Under the pieces are notes generated by a model. That model was not told the origin of the DNA. It saw only the letters and a list, made by a program, of their open reading frames with translations, and made no database searches. From NCBI GenBank assembly GCA_019873725.1, contig JAIOAS010000001.1, positions 40,257 through 104,256 of the forward strand: a DNA stretch of 64,000 nucleotides. Reading direction: 5' to 3'. Of the stretch, positions 35,706 through 44,193 are shown piece after piece. The position numbers were made by a program, and so were the translations under genes. Every line of letters begins with the position of its first letter. Within the stretch, counting starts at the first letter, position 1. The stretch is from Chloroflexota bacterium. Lineage in GTDB: Bacteria > Chloroflexota > Anaerolineae > B4-G1 > SLSP01.

Positions 35706-36604
35706 CAAAACACCGCATTGAAATCTTCCCACGCAAAGCCCCGCGTCTCCGGCAAGGCTTGTCCGGCATCCACGGTCGCGCGCCATAAGGCGGGGCGTAC
35801 CGCGAGGGACATCTTGCCGTTGAACACCGCCCAATCCAGGCTCTCGGCGGTGGTTTCGGGGACGAGCACGTCTACGCTCACCACCGGCCCGGCGATAAAC
35901 GGTGCGGGTTGCTGCCCGTCGGTGGTCACTGCCCCATACTGCGGGTTGGCGATCTGTTCGTGGTTGACGCGCACCACGATGGCTCCTGCTACCACCCGCT
36001 TGGTCACCGGCAGTTGCAGCGTGACCGTCACGGGCTGCGTCAACGCCTCATAGTCGGGTAGCGGTTCTGGTGTAGGCGGGGCTGGCGTGACCCCGACGGG
36101 CAAGGGCGGCACGGTGCTGGTCGCCAACTCGGTGGCGCGCACGGTGCCTAACGTGGTGTACAAGTCCACCAGGTCGCCCACCGCGATGTACGGTGTACTC
36201 TCGGCGTCGACCGGGATGGACTTGATGACCAACTGGGGATCGGTGAGGGCCAACGCCAGACGGCGCACCTTCTCGGCGTTCTCACCGGTGGCGATGCGTC
36301 CCCGGTTGAGGACGTCGCCCGCGCGGACCGTCTCAACGAAGACCCCGTCGGCCAGCATCGCCTGCAAGGTTTCCGGCGTCAACACCACTTGCAAGAGCGA
36401 CGCGCTAAACGACTGCTTGTCCAGGGCGATGTAGCCGTTGGTATAGGCGTCTTGCAATGACGTGTACGCTGGAATATCCTGCACCGCGATGGCGACCTCG
36501 TAGGTGGGCGGCGTGGTGAGCTGCGCGAACAGCAACACCCCCACGAACGCGCCCCCGACGAGCAGCAGGCCAACCCAGAATTGAATGGATTTCAGAATAC
36601 GCAT
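35651..36604 (-). CDS. cpaB: CpaB/RcpC-like Flp pilus assembly protein
   Basis: N-terminal TM, then a SAF-like region (YEVAIAVQDIPAYTSL), then an RcpC-like C-terminus. Confidence 0.65.
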   Translation of the reverse strand: MRILKSIQFWVGLLLVGGAFVGVLLFAQLTTPPTYEVAIAVQDIPAYTSLQDAYTNGYIALDKQSFSASLLQVVLTPETLQAMLADGVFVETVRAGDVLNRGRIATGENAEKVRRLALALTDPQLVIKSIPVDAESTPYIAVGDLVDLYTTLGTVRATELATSTVPPLPVGVTPAPPTPEPLPDYEALTQPVTVTLQLPVTKRVVAGAIVVRVNHEQIANPQYGAVTTDGQQPAPFIAGPVVSVDVLVPETTAESLDWAVFNGKMSLAVRPALWRATVDAGQALPETRGFAWEDFNAVFWNGRRNTVDGRQGETETR

Positions 36605-36658
36605 TTCGTTTGTCTCCTTGATGTAAGTGATTTGCTATTAGCTGTCAGCCGTCAGCGA

Positions 36659-37213
36659 TCAGCTTTTCTGACTGCTGGCTGAACGCTGAAAGCTGATCGC
36701 TGAGAGCTTTTTCTTGACGCCCAATGTCTCTTCCCCAATAACCTGCGCTGCCGCCTTCAGGTCGCCGACGACCGCGTGAGCCTGCGGCCATTGCTGCTTA
36801 AGACGGCGCTCGTGCCATTGGGCGACTGGGGTGTCGGCGCTGACAATGAGGATCAGGCCGGCGATGTCTACCAGGGCGGATGGTGGGGTCGTGCCACCGT
36901 CGGCAATGACGTGGCCCAATGCCGCCGCGTCCCACACGAAGGCCATCACCGGCGCTTGCCATACGGTGCAGGCGGCGCTCCACAGCAACGGTTGATGGGA
37001 TTCGACGGCTTGCTCAACAGCGCATCCTCGTTGAGCAGCCGTCCAATGCACGATCCTGCTCAGATCGAGCACCGGCGCGCCTGGCCCGGCCATTTGTAGG
37101 GCCAGTGTACCGTCGGCGGCGTCCAGGGGGACGGCGTTGGCCTGTCGGCACAGGTATTGCGCCAGCGTGGTTGCTCCTAGCCCGCCCTTTGCGCCCACGA
37201 CGAGGATTAGCAT
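36659..37213 (-). CDS. CpaE/MinD-like protein with degenerate Walker A (likely non-catalytic)
   Basis: MLILVVGAKGGLGATTLA: the P-loop Lys is replaced (GGLGAT instead of GGVGKT). Confidence 0.45.
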   Translation of the reverse strand: MLILVVGAKGGLGATTLAQYLCRQANAVPLDAADGTLALQMAGPGAPVLDLSRIVHWTAAQRGCAVEQAVESHQPLLWSAACTVWQAPVMAFVWDAAALGHVIADGGTTPPSALVDIAGLILIVSADTPVAQWHERRLKQQWPQAHAVVGDLKAAAQVIGEETLGVKKKLSAISFQRSASSQKS

Positions 37214-37938
37214 TGGGTGGCCTCCTGCGTGTGCGACGCAAGGTCAATGCCCAACAGTTTGGCGATAGCGGCTTCGGACAACGGTTTGTCCACCGTGATC
37301 CAGCGCGCGGGGAAGGCCCGCCGCTCGCGTCCACCGTCTACCAGGATGGCGTCGTAGCTGATCCGCGCGTCGTCCAGGGCCAGGTCGGGGTACACGGTGA
37401 TCGTGCCGGTGGTCGCCGGATGGTCGGACGGGGTAAGGTCCAGCAATAGATAGGGATCGCCGCGTTGTGCTGCGTCGAAGAGTGCCACGTTTCTGCTCTG
37501 TGCGGCCAGGAGTTTGGCGGCGGTGACCACGGCGGTCGTTGTGCCAACGCCACCGCGTGTGCCGTAGAAGCCGAGGCGCAGTTGGCGGCGCAGTGGCGCG
37601 AAGGGTAACCGTGGGGCAGGCGCGGTGGTGTTAGCGAGGGGCGCGGCCTGCTGCGTTGCCGGTTGCTTTGCCGCCTGCGCTTTCAGGTACGCGGTCAGGA
37701 CCTCGGCGGCTTTGTTCACTTCCGGCACAGGCAACACCGGAATGCCGGGTGTTTCAACGTTGGGAATCTCCGTCCCTTCCAGGGTGACGATCAGTGTGGC
37801 GCTGGTGAGGCGCACCATTTGACTGACCTGGTGCGGGGCGCAGATACCGACGACCAGTACATCGGGTACAGGAGTGACGGCATAGCTCAGGGCTTCGGCC
37901 TGGTCTTCTTGCGGAGCGACGCAGAGAATGGAATGCAT
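37207..37938 (-). CDS. CpaE/MinD-like protein with degenerate Walker A
   Basis: LGFYGTRGGVGTTTAVVTAAKLLA: GKT replaced by GTT. Confidence 0.45.
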   Translation of the reverse strand: MHSILCVAPQEDQAEALSYAVTPVPDVLVVGICAPHQVSQMVRLTSATLIVTLEGTEIPNVETPGIPVLPVPEVNKAAEVLTAYLKAQAAKQPATQQAAPLANTTAPAPRLPFAPLRRQLRLGFYGTRGGVGTTTAVVTAAKLLAAQSRNVALFDAAQRGDPYLLLDLTPSDHPATTGTITVYPDLALDDARISYDAILVDGGRERRAFPARWITVDKPLSEAAIAKLLGIDLASHTQEATQC

Positions 37939-38520
37939 TTAGTCCTCCAGGGTGAAAGGATTGGATGTGATGGGCTGGCTGCCGGGTATCCGCGCGATCA
38001 GGCGTAAGGGTGCGGCGTAGTCAGGGCCGACGTCGAAGACCAGATAGCCTGTGGCCTGTGCGTTGGGCGGCAAAGTGTGATCGGAGAGTGGTGTGCTGTC
38101 CGTGATGCTCAGTGGCCCTTCGACTACGCTCAGGGCAAGTTCTGCGGCTTGGGCGCGGGGGTAGCTATGCCCGGCGTTGTCGTCCAGGGTGAACTCGGCT
38201 TGGGCCAGGTCAAGGCGCACTATGCCCGTGTTCTGCACCTCGGCCAAGACGACGATGAACACGCCGTTCGGCTTGGCGGACAGGTTGAGGCTTAGCGGTT
38301 GCGTCAAGGTCACGGCACTGCTGGCCGTAGGCGGGGCGAGGCGCGTGGCGGTGTATGCCCGTGTAACGTGCAGTTGACCTGCTTTGGGCGTGGCCGTGGC
38401 GACCACCAGTGGGCGCACCGGTAGTGGTTCGATGGGCAATGGCAAGAGCGAAAAGATGTTGCAGCCCAGCAGCAACCCCATCCCGACACTGATCCCTATG
38501 ATTTTGACGATGTTACGCAT
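37939..38520 (-). CDS. lipoprotein, DUF4352-like beta-sandwich
   Basis: MRNIVKIIGISVGMGLLLGC has a lipobox Cys. GYLVFDVGPDYAAPLRL is a DUF4352-like motif. AGGAAA precedes the ATG. Confidence 0.5.
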   Translation of the reverse strand: MRNIVKIIGISVGMGLLLGCNIFSLLPLPIEPLPVRPLVVATATPKAGQLHVTRAYTATRLAPPTASSAVTLTQPLSLNLSAKPNGVFIVVLAEVQNTGIVRLDLAQAEFTLDDNAGHSYPRAQAAELALSVVEGPLSITDSTPLSDHTLPPNAQATGYLVFDVGPDYAAPLRLIARIPGSQPITSNPFTLED

Positions 38521-38539
38521 TTTCCTAACCCCTTTTGAC

Positions 38540-38693
38540 GCAAACAAAAAGGGGAGGACCTGGAACCGAAGTTCCAAGTCCTCCCCTTTTGTTTCCAGGC
38601 CAGTTTCCCTGGCCCGGACGCCGCAGGCTTGAAGGCTTCCTGCGGATCGGAGCGTTTAGCCCCAGACCTTTTCGCGATGGTTGTGCATCACTA
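38540..38693 (-). ncRNA. candidate structured leader RNA / small RNA, copy 1 (promoter to terminator, ~150 nt)
   Basis: Flanked by the promoter at 38701-38730 and the terminator at 38546-38590. The internal sequence CGCGAAAAGUCUGGGGCU..CUCC..CCGCAGGAAGCCUUCAAGCCUGCGGCG is conserved with copy 2 at 52178-52343. Stems CCGCAGG/CCUGCGG are preserved while the loops differ. Confidence 0.5.
38546..38590 (-). terminator. rho-independent terminator / attenuator hairpin (AAAAGGGGAGGAC...GUCCUCCCCUUUUU)
   Basis: 13-bp GC-rich stem, followed on the minus strand by UUUUUGUUUG. An identical stem occurs at 52187-52229. Confidence 0.7.
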
Positions 38694-38700
38694 TATCTCT

Positions 38701-38730
38701 ATTATATCATGCCGGACATGGTGAAATCAA
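38701..38730 (-). promoter_or_regulatory. sigma-70-like promoter (TTGATT-18-TATAAT) on the minus strand
   Basis: Reverse complement reads TTGATT tcaccatgtccggcatga TATAAT. Confidence 0.55.
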
Positions 38731-38772
38731 GTAAGTTTTATGTGCAGAATTCACGGGTTGCGCATATCAAGT

Positions 38773-39108
38773 TTATTGGAATAGCTTTTCCACCAGTTCT
38801 GCTGCTTTGGTGATTGCGACGACTAAGCCACTCGCCGCCGCTACACCTTCGATGGCGGTCCTGGCAGTGGTCAGGTAATCCCCGATTTTCTTCTTGTCCG
38901 GCGCCGGTTTTTCCGCTTCAAGGACGGCCTTATCCAGGTTGTAGCGGGCTTCCACGGCCGGTTCGCCGGTCACGGCTTGTGCCTCGACGGCCTGCTGCAA
39001 TCCACCCTGGAGCTTCCTGAGTTCGCCCAACAGCCCGGCGACGTCGTCCACGGCTCCAAAATTGTATTGGTACGTAACCGTTTGCCCGCGTTGATCGAAA
39101 ATCGTCAT
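38773..39108 (-). CDS. small protein with an N-terminal Q/N/G-rich motif (BASS-like) and a helical C-terminus
   Basis: MTIFDQRGQTVTYQYNFGAVDDVAG shares the (I/V)(Y/F)DQRxQxV..QxN motif with the N-termini of both NACHT-FGE proteins and the C-terminus of the 47045..47527 product. Confidence 0.45.
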   Translation of the reverse strand: MTIFDQRGQTVTYQYNFGAVDDVAGLLGELRKLQGGLQQAVEAQAVTGEPAVEARYNLDKAVLEAEKPAPDKKKIGDYLTTARTAIEGVAAASGLVVAITKAAELVEKLFQ

Positions 39109-39167
39109 TGTTTCCTCCTTTCAGTATCCTGGCTGCGCTTTCCATAGCGCGCTTCTGTCAAACCGTC

Positions 39168-39317
39168 AAAAAATCGAAAAACGCGACGCGCTTCGCGCGG
39201 ATGGGACCTTCGGCCTGCGGCGGTCAGGCGTTGGGCAAACATCCGCGCTCTTCCAGGTTATCCCAAAGGTCCAAAGGCCAAAGGGCCAAATTACAAAGCG
39301 GGCGCTGCGCGCGATGG
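39168..39317 (-). other. conserved ~150-nt 3' element downstream of VR1, ending in a GC hairpin plus U-tract (terminator)
   Basis: Near-identical to 44044-44193 downstream of VR2. Minus-strand end reads CGCGCGAAGCGCGUCGCGUUUUUCGAUUUUUU. Confidence 0.6.
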
Positions 39318-42041
39318 GGAGACGACCACCCGAAAACCGATGAGCCTGAACCAGTTGAGCGGGTAGTACCTGAAGCGAAAGGCGCAGCGGGCGTAGATTC
39401 GATCGTCGAAGAACGCGCCACCCCGCAACACACGGGCGAGCCCATCTCCCGCTTCCAAGTCCTCCCGCTTATCACCTACTCGGTATGGATACTTGAAATC
39501 TGCCTTCTTCCGATCCTCACCCCACAAACTTCGCGTCCACTCCCACACGTTGCCCACCATATCCAGACACCCATACGGGCTACTCCCTTCCGGGTACATT
39601 CCCACGGGCGAAGTGGTTCCCAACCCGCTTTCCTCTGCGTTACATTTCCCTGCGTCCCACTCGTCGCCCCAGGGATAGATACGTCCGTCTGTACCCCGCG
39701 CCGCTTTTTCCCACTCGGCCTCGCTCGGCAAGCGTACTTCTTCGTTCCGACTGATTTTCCCTTCCTTCCGCCACACGCCGGTTAGCCATTGGCAATAAGC
39801 CCGCGCGTCGTACCAGGTCACATATACGACCGGATGATTGGCAACACCCTGCAAGCAATCCGGGTCAGTCGGCCGGTATCCGCTCGCTTCTACAAAGCGC
39901 CGGAACTGCGCCACCGTCACCGGGTACTTGCCGATTTTGAAGGTTGGCAAATTGACTTCGTGTTGTGGTTTCTCGCTATCTTCTGCCATCTTGTCCGCGT
40001 TTGTGCTGCCCATCTTGAACTTCCCTGCCGGGATCTCGATCAATTCATCGAAGTCCCGGTCGTCGCCCAAGACCGCCAGGGCGTTGCCTGCCAGCAGTCG
40101 CACAGTGGCCGGGGCCGTGGAGAAGTCCGGCGCTCGCCACAGGCTTGCCAGCCGCGCCCGGGCTTGTTCTACCAACACCGGCTCCGGGTCGGGCAAATCG
40201 CCCAGACCGCTCGCCGCCAGTTCTGCCGCTGCCAGGCGTGTTCCCATATTGCCTTCCAAATTGCACAACGCCCCGATGAAGGCCGCGCGCTGCTCGTAGG
40301 AAACCGGTGAATCCAGGCTGCCCACCGTCAACAATAAGGCTTCACGCCACCACTCTGCGGTAACAACGCGCGTCAGGAAGTCCGGCGTCCAGTGTTGCGC
40401 CAGGAATTGCGCCGTCAGGTACTCTTGAAACGTCAGGTGGGTAAACTGATAGCGCCCGCCGCGCTCCTCGAACAATCCACCGCGATGTCCCGCTGCTGCC
40501 AAAAAGGGTTCCAACAATGCCGTTTCACCGCGCTGCTCGAAGACAGGAGTCAGGATGCGTCGCACTCCGTTGTCGTCCAGGCTGGCGCCGGCTTGCCCAC
40601 CCTGGTGCATCTGGAACGCCAGATACGACAGCCACTCGCGTTGCTTGCTGGGTGGGCCGCCCGCGCTCACGACGCCCTGACGCGCTCCCGCGTCATCTTC
40701 GCGCCCGGTATACTCGCTGTTCAGGATCACGTCCACGCAGGCGTCGTACAGCTTGGCCCGCTCGCGCGGCAGTTCGCGGCGGCTGTATTTGACGCTCACC
40801 ACCATTGTCACTAACAGCGGGGTGTCAATCAAAGCGGGTTGCCCGCGCTGCCGGCGCTCGGTATTCAAGCGGTTGATCACGCCGGTCAAGTCTGCGCAGG
40901 CGACTTCTCTGTCATGTGGCTGTGCGTAAATCTGCTCGCACCACGCCCCCACCAGCGCGGCAATCTGCTCCTCGGTCAGAGCTTGCACGTCGCAGCGCAC
41001 AAAGTCGCTGCCAAACGGCGCGTCCCGGTAGCCGGCCTCGCGCGCCGTCACCAGACAGCGGTTGCCGGGATACTGGACGGTGAGTAGATGTTCCACTCCG
41101 TCGCGTACCACCCGCCGTTCCGTTACCTGCATTACCTCATCCAGGCCATCCAGCAGGATGAGACAGCCCTTGCCGCCGCGCAGCAGACGCTCGAAGAAGT
41201 CCTCCGCCGCGTCGAAGTTCTTGTAGCGCGCTTTCAGAAACCAGAGCAGGAACTCGCCCAACGTTCCGGCTTCCGGTGTGTGATAGCGATTGACCTGTCG
41301 GCACTGCTCGCGGTAGACTTGCCAAAAGCGCAGCGGGGCCAGCAATGGAACCGGCAAGGCCGCGTCAGGCTGCGGCGGTTTGAGGCGTACATCCAGCGGT
41401 TGCCCTAGCAGCGCCCCGGCCAGCGTCGAGGCGACAAATGCCAGATACGTCGTTTTGCCCGATCCGGCTTTTCCGATGATGGCGATACGGTCGCCCAGCG
41501 TGAGTAGATCGGCCATATCCAATAGCGGCGGTTCAGCGGCTTTGGCCTCGGTGGGCAGTTCTTGCCGTCCGCGCCGTCTGGCAATCTCGCCACCCGGTTC
41601 CACCGCCGGGCGATGTTGCACGCGCAGTGAGGTGTAGATGGTGGTGAGGGGCTTATCCAGCGCGCCGGTTTGTTGGAGATTCTGCAGGCCATGCAGGCGC
41701 GTGCGCGCATATTCCCGGCGTACCCAACCCAGGTAGTCGGCCAACACTTTCGCGAACTCGTCTTCGGTAAGTTTCGGTTTGCCCGGTGCGGTCTGGTAGA
41801 CCTTGAAAAGTTGCACCAGGTTGTGACTGCCGACGACGTTGGCGTCGCCGTTGATGTCTACAGCATCTCCGGCGATATTGGTTTGGGTTGTCACCGTCTG
41901 GTCGCGCTGGTCGTAGATGGTCTTTGCCTCTTGCTCCAGGCCCTTCAATGCCGCCTGGTATAGATCATCCGGCAGCACCCCTGCCGCGTGCAAGTTTTCC
42001 AACTTCTGGCGTTTTGTTTCTAAGTCGGTAGCCGTCATCAA
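39291..42041 (-). CDS. NACHT-family STAND NTPase fused to a C-terminal FGE-sulfatase (C-type-lectin fold) domain; DGR target 1
   Basis: P-loop DRIAIIGKAGSGKTTYLAFV. C-terminus has FGE-sulfatase motifs ([62 protein letters not shown]). VR1 lies in its last ~40 codons. N-terminal Q/N-rich motif TIYDQRDQTVTTQTNIAG. Confidence 0.8.
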   Translation of the reverse strand: MMTATDLETKRQKLENLHAAGVLPDDLYQAALKGLEQEAKTIYDQRDQTVTTQTNIAGDAVDINGDANVVGSHNLVQLFKVYQTAPGKPKLTEDEFAKVLADYLGWVRREYARTRLHGLQNLQQTGALDKPLTTIYTSLRVQHRPAVEPGGEIARRRGRQELPTEAKAAEPPLLDMADLLTLGDRIAIIGKAGSGKTTYLAFVASTLAGALLGQPLDVRLKPPQPDAALPVPLLAPLRFWQVYREQCRQVNRYHTPEAGTLGEFLLWFLKARYKNFDAAEDFFERLLRGGKGCLILLDGLDEVMQVTERRVVRDGVEHLLTVQYPGNRCLVTAREAGYRDAPFGSDFVRCDVQALTEEQIAALVGAWCEQIYAQPHDREVACADLTGVINRLNTERRQRGQPALIDTPLLVTMVVSVKYSRRELPRERAKLYDACVDVILNSEYTGREDDAGARQGVVSAGGPPSKQREWLSYLAFQMHQGGQAGASLDDNGVRRILTPVFEQRGETALLEPFLAAAGHRGGLFEERGGRYQFTHLTFQEYLTAQFLAQHWTPDFLTRVVTAEWWREALLLTVGSLDSPVSYEQRAAFIGALCNLEGNMGTRLAAAELAASGLGDLPDPEPVLVEQARARLASLWRAPDFSTAPATVRLLAGNALAVLGDDRDFDELIEIPAGKFKMGSTNADKMAEDSEKPQHEVNLPTFKIGKYPVTVAQFRRFVEASGYRPTDPDCLQGVANHPVVYVTWYDARAYCQWLTGVWRKEGKISRNEEVRLPSEAEWEKAARGTDGRIYPWGDEWDAGKCNAEESGLGTTSPVGMYPEGSSPYGCLDMVGNVWEWTRSLWGEDRKKADFKYPYRVGDKREDLEAGDGLARVLRGGAFFDDRIYARCAFRFRYYPLNWFRLIGFRVVVSPSRAAPAL
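39318..39438 (-). other. DGR variable region VR1 (3' end of the NACHT-FGE gene 39291..42041)
   Basis: 121 nt aligned to TR (42301-42421). Every mismatch falls at a position where the coding-strand TR has A (plus-strand T). Example: TR gttcctgttcctgttgttcggg vs VR1 gagcctgaaccagttgagcggg. Confidence 0.85.
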
Positions 42042-42245
42042 GCCTCCTTACGTATTACGTTTTACCCGCCGGGTGGCCCGGCTCAGGGAGCGTGTCTTCG
42101 ACACGTGGCCCAGGAGCCGGGCCGGTTCTATCTTCGCCCGGCCGCCCTCACCCTTTCTCCCTTCTCCCTTTGGGAGAGGGGCCGGGGGTGAGGGCGGACG
42201 CGGCCAGGGACGCGGCGCGCCATTATGCCTCGGCCGGAGAGAGTG

Positions 42246-42265
42246 CGTCTGCGAGGACGCAGACG
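42246..42265 (-). other. stem-loop immediately 3' of the TR on the RNA strand (cgtctgcg-agga-cgcagacg)
   Basis: 8-bp perfect stem read directly. A second long inverted repeat (gccctcaccc...gggtgagggc) lies at ~42130-42185. Confidence 0.45.
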
Positions 42266-42300
42266 TGACCCCACCCGGCATTTCCGGCGGAGCATAACGT

Positions 42301-42421
42301 GGAGACGACCACCCGAAAACCGATGTTCCTGTTCCTGTTGTTCGGGTTGTTCCTGTTGCGATAGGCGCAGCGGGCGTTGTTTCGATTGTTGTTGAACGCG
42401 CCACCCCGCAACACACGGGCG
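42301..42421 (-). other. DGR template repeat (TR)
   Basis: Encodes the Asn-rich peptide [37 protein letters not shown] (AAC codons at the variable positions). Homologous to VR1 and VR2 with A-specific differences. Lies 38 nt downstream of avd. Confidence 0.85.
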
Positions 42422-42458
42422 TCTTTCCGCCGATCCCCGCACGTATGGGGCTATCCAT

Positions 42459-42818
42459 TCAGGACGGCCCCGGTGTGCCTTCCGGTTTCTTGATCCAACC
42501 GCCGAGCATCTTCCCGATCTCCTGTACCATCAGCGAGACGTGGCGATACTGGTCTTCGTCCAGCCATTTCCAGCAGTTCGCCAGCCGCAGGTAGAGACGC
42601 ACTTTGTCCAGGTCGGCGTCGGCTTGCCGCAGCAGCAGCACCCGCGCGTGCCCACGCACCCGGTTGGCCTCGATGATGCGCTCCTGGAAATCCAGCAGCG
42701 CATCCTGCAAGCGCCTGGTCACGACGAAACGGTGGCTGCGCGGGAAGTTGAGCGTGTGCGGGATGAGCCACGTGATCAGGTCATACGTTTTCGGGAAAAT
42801 CGGCGCTGCATCGGACAT
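42459..42818 (-). CDS. avd: DGR accessory variability determinant (Avd)
   Basis: 119-aa basic helical protein (FPRSHRFVVTRRLQDALLDFQERIIEANRVRG...KVRLYLRLANCW) between the RT and the TR. Size and composition are typical of Avd. Confidence 0.7.
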   Translation of the reverse strand: MSDAAPIFPKTYDLITWLIPHTLNFPRSHRFVVTRRLQDALLDFQERIIEANRVRGHARVLLLRQADADLDKVRLYLRLANCWKWLDEDQYRHVSLMVQEIGKMLGGWIKKPEGTPGPS

Positions 42819-42874
42819 ATAAGCTTCTCACACCTTGTAGGGCGATTTGCCAAATCGCCCCACACTCAACTCGC

Positions 42875-42920
42875 TGATCGCTGATAGCTGACGGCTGATA
42901 GCTGACGGCTGACAGCTTGA
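42875..42920. repeat. heptamer tandem repeat (GCTGANN units)
   Basis: gctgatcgctgatagctgacggctgatagctgacggctgacagc. Related arrays occur at 31078-31140 and 36640-36715. Confidence 0.75.
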
Positions 42921-43976
42921 TTAAAAGACGGCCTGCCGCGCCACGGCTTTGCGCAGGCCCCAGGTATCGCCGTAGCGCGTGTGGTTGATCCACCCCAGCA
43001 ATGAGGCGACGACGGCCTCTTGTGTCACCTCATTGTCGTTGTACTCGGCGAGCAGCGACCGCCAGCGCCGCCAGTAGGCCACGACTTTGCGGCTTTTGAC
43101 CCGCCGATGCGTAGGATACACCACAAAGCCCAAAAAGGGAATTCCTTCCGTCACTGGTTGCGGCTGCGCGCCGGAGTGGATGGTGAGCCGCAGCAGCGCC
43201 AGCCGTTCCACGATGGCGTCGCGCCAGGCCCACAGCGTCGCTTTGTCGGTGGCGAACAGGAGCAGGTCGTCCACGTAACGCACGTAGCCGCCGCTTTGCT
43301 TGCCGCACTGCAATTCCCGTTTGACGAAGTGATCGAACGGATTGAGCAGGCAGTTGGCCCAGAACTGGCTGGTGAGGTTGCCGATGGGCAAGCCCCTGGG
43401 ACGAAAGACAGAAAAGAGGTCGTCGCCGGGAAAGTAGACCATCGCGTATTCTTCGCTCAGGACGCCTACGCCGCTGGCGAGGATGCGGTCCACCAGCCAG
43501 AGCACGCCGTCGTCAGGGACTTTCTGCGCCAGAATGTCGCGCAAGATGGCGTGGTCAATGGAGGGGAAGAACTGCTTGAGATCGCATTGCAGCACGTAGG
43601 GGAAGCGTTGGGCGAACTGCTGCGCGCGGTCGAGGGCGCGGTGCGTGCCTTTGCCCACGCGGTTGGCGTAGGAATCGGCGATGAAGCTGCGCTCGAAAAT
43701 CGGTTCGATGACATTACACAGAGCGTGATGGACGACGCGATCCCGAAACGGCGCGGCGGAGATGAGGCGGCGCTTGGGTTCGTGGATGTAGAACGAGTGG
43801 TACGCGCCCGGTTGGTAGGTGCGGTCGCGCAATTCCTGTTCCAGTTCCAGCAGGTTATCCGCCAGGCGAATCTCGAACGCGGCGGCGGGCGACTTGCCGC
43901 GTTTGCCGCGCGCGGCCTTGCGGTGCGCCTCGCGCAGGTTCTGCCAGCTACAGACTTGGTCGTACAGGTCGGTCAT
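42921..43976 (-). CDS. diversity-generating retroelement reverse transcriptase
   Basis: RT motifs including [11 protein letters not shown] (YxDD) and the DGR-specific [13 protein letters not shown] ([I/L]GxxxSQ) signature. 351 aa. Confidence 0.9.
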   Translation of the reverse strand: MTDLYDQVCSWQNLREAHRKAARGKRGKSPAAAFEIRLADNLLELEQELRDRTYQPGAYHSFYIHEPKRRLISAAPFRDRVVHHALCNVIEPIFERSFIADSYANRVGKGTHRALDRAQQFAQRFPYVLQCDLKQFFPSIDHAILRDILAQKVPDDGVLWLVDRILASGVGVLSEEYAMVYFPGDDLFSVFRPRGLPIGNLTSQFWANCLLNPFDHFVKRELQCGKQSGGYVRYVDDLLLFATDKATLWAWRDAIVERLALLRLTIHSGAQPQPVTEGIPFLGFVVYPTHRRVKSRKVVAYWRRWRSLLAEYNDNEVTQEAVVASLLGWINHTRYGDTWGLRKAVARQAVF

Positions 43977-43977
43977 A

Positions 43978-44045
43978 GGGAATCAGCGAATGGGCGAATC
44001 AGTGAATCAGCGAATGAGCAAATGGGCGAATCAGCAAATGAGCAA
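43978..44045. repeat. heptamer tandem repeat (GAATCAG / GCGAATG units)
   Basis: gaatcagcgaatgggcgaatcagtgaatcagcgaatgagcaaatgggcgaatcagcaaatgagc. Confidence 0.8.
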
Positions 44046-44193
44046 AAAATCGAAAAACGCGACGCGCTTCGCGCGGATGGGACCTTCGGCCTGCCACGGC
44101 CTGGCGTTAGGCCAGCCTCCGTGCTCTTCCAGATCATCCCAAAGGTCCAAAGGCCAAAGGGCCAAATTACAAAGCGGGCGCTTCGCGCGGTGG
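44044..44193 (-). other. conserved 3' element downstream of VR2 (copy of 39168-39317) with terminator hairpin
   Basis: aaaaaatcgaaaaacgcgacgcgcttcgcgcggatgggaccttcggcctgc...atcccaaaggtccaaaggccaaagggccaaattacaaagcgggcgc is shared with copy 1. Confidence 0.6.

Noticed and set aside
39224-39475. Small ORFs overlapping the VR/TR regions (39224-39475, 42048-42458, 42223-42414, 44031-44351) with similar peptides
   Set aside because: They are alternate-frame and opposite-strand translations of the VR/TR repeats. The similarity is a by-product of the DGR repeats, not of independent genes.
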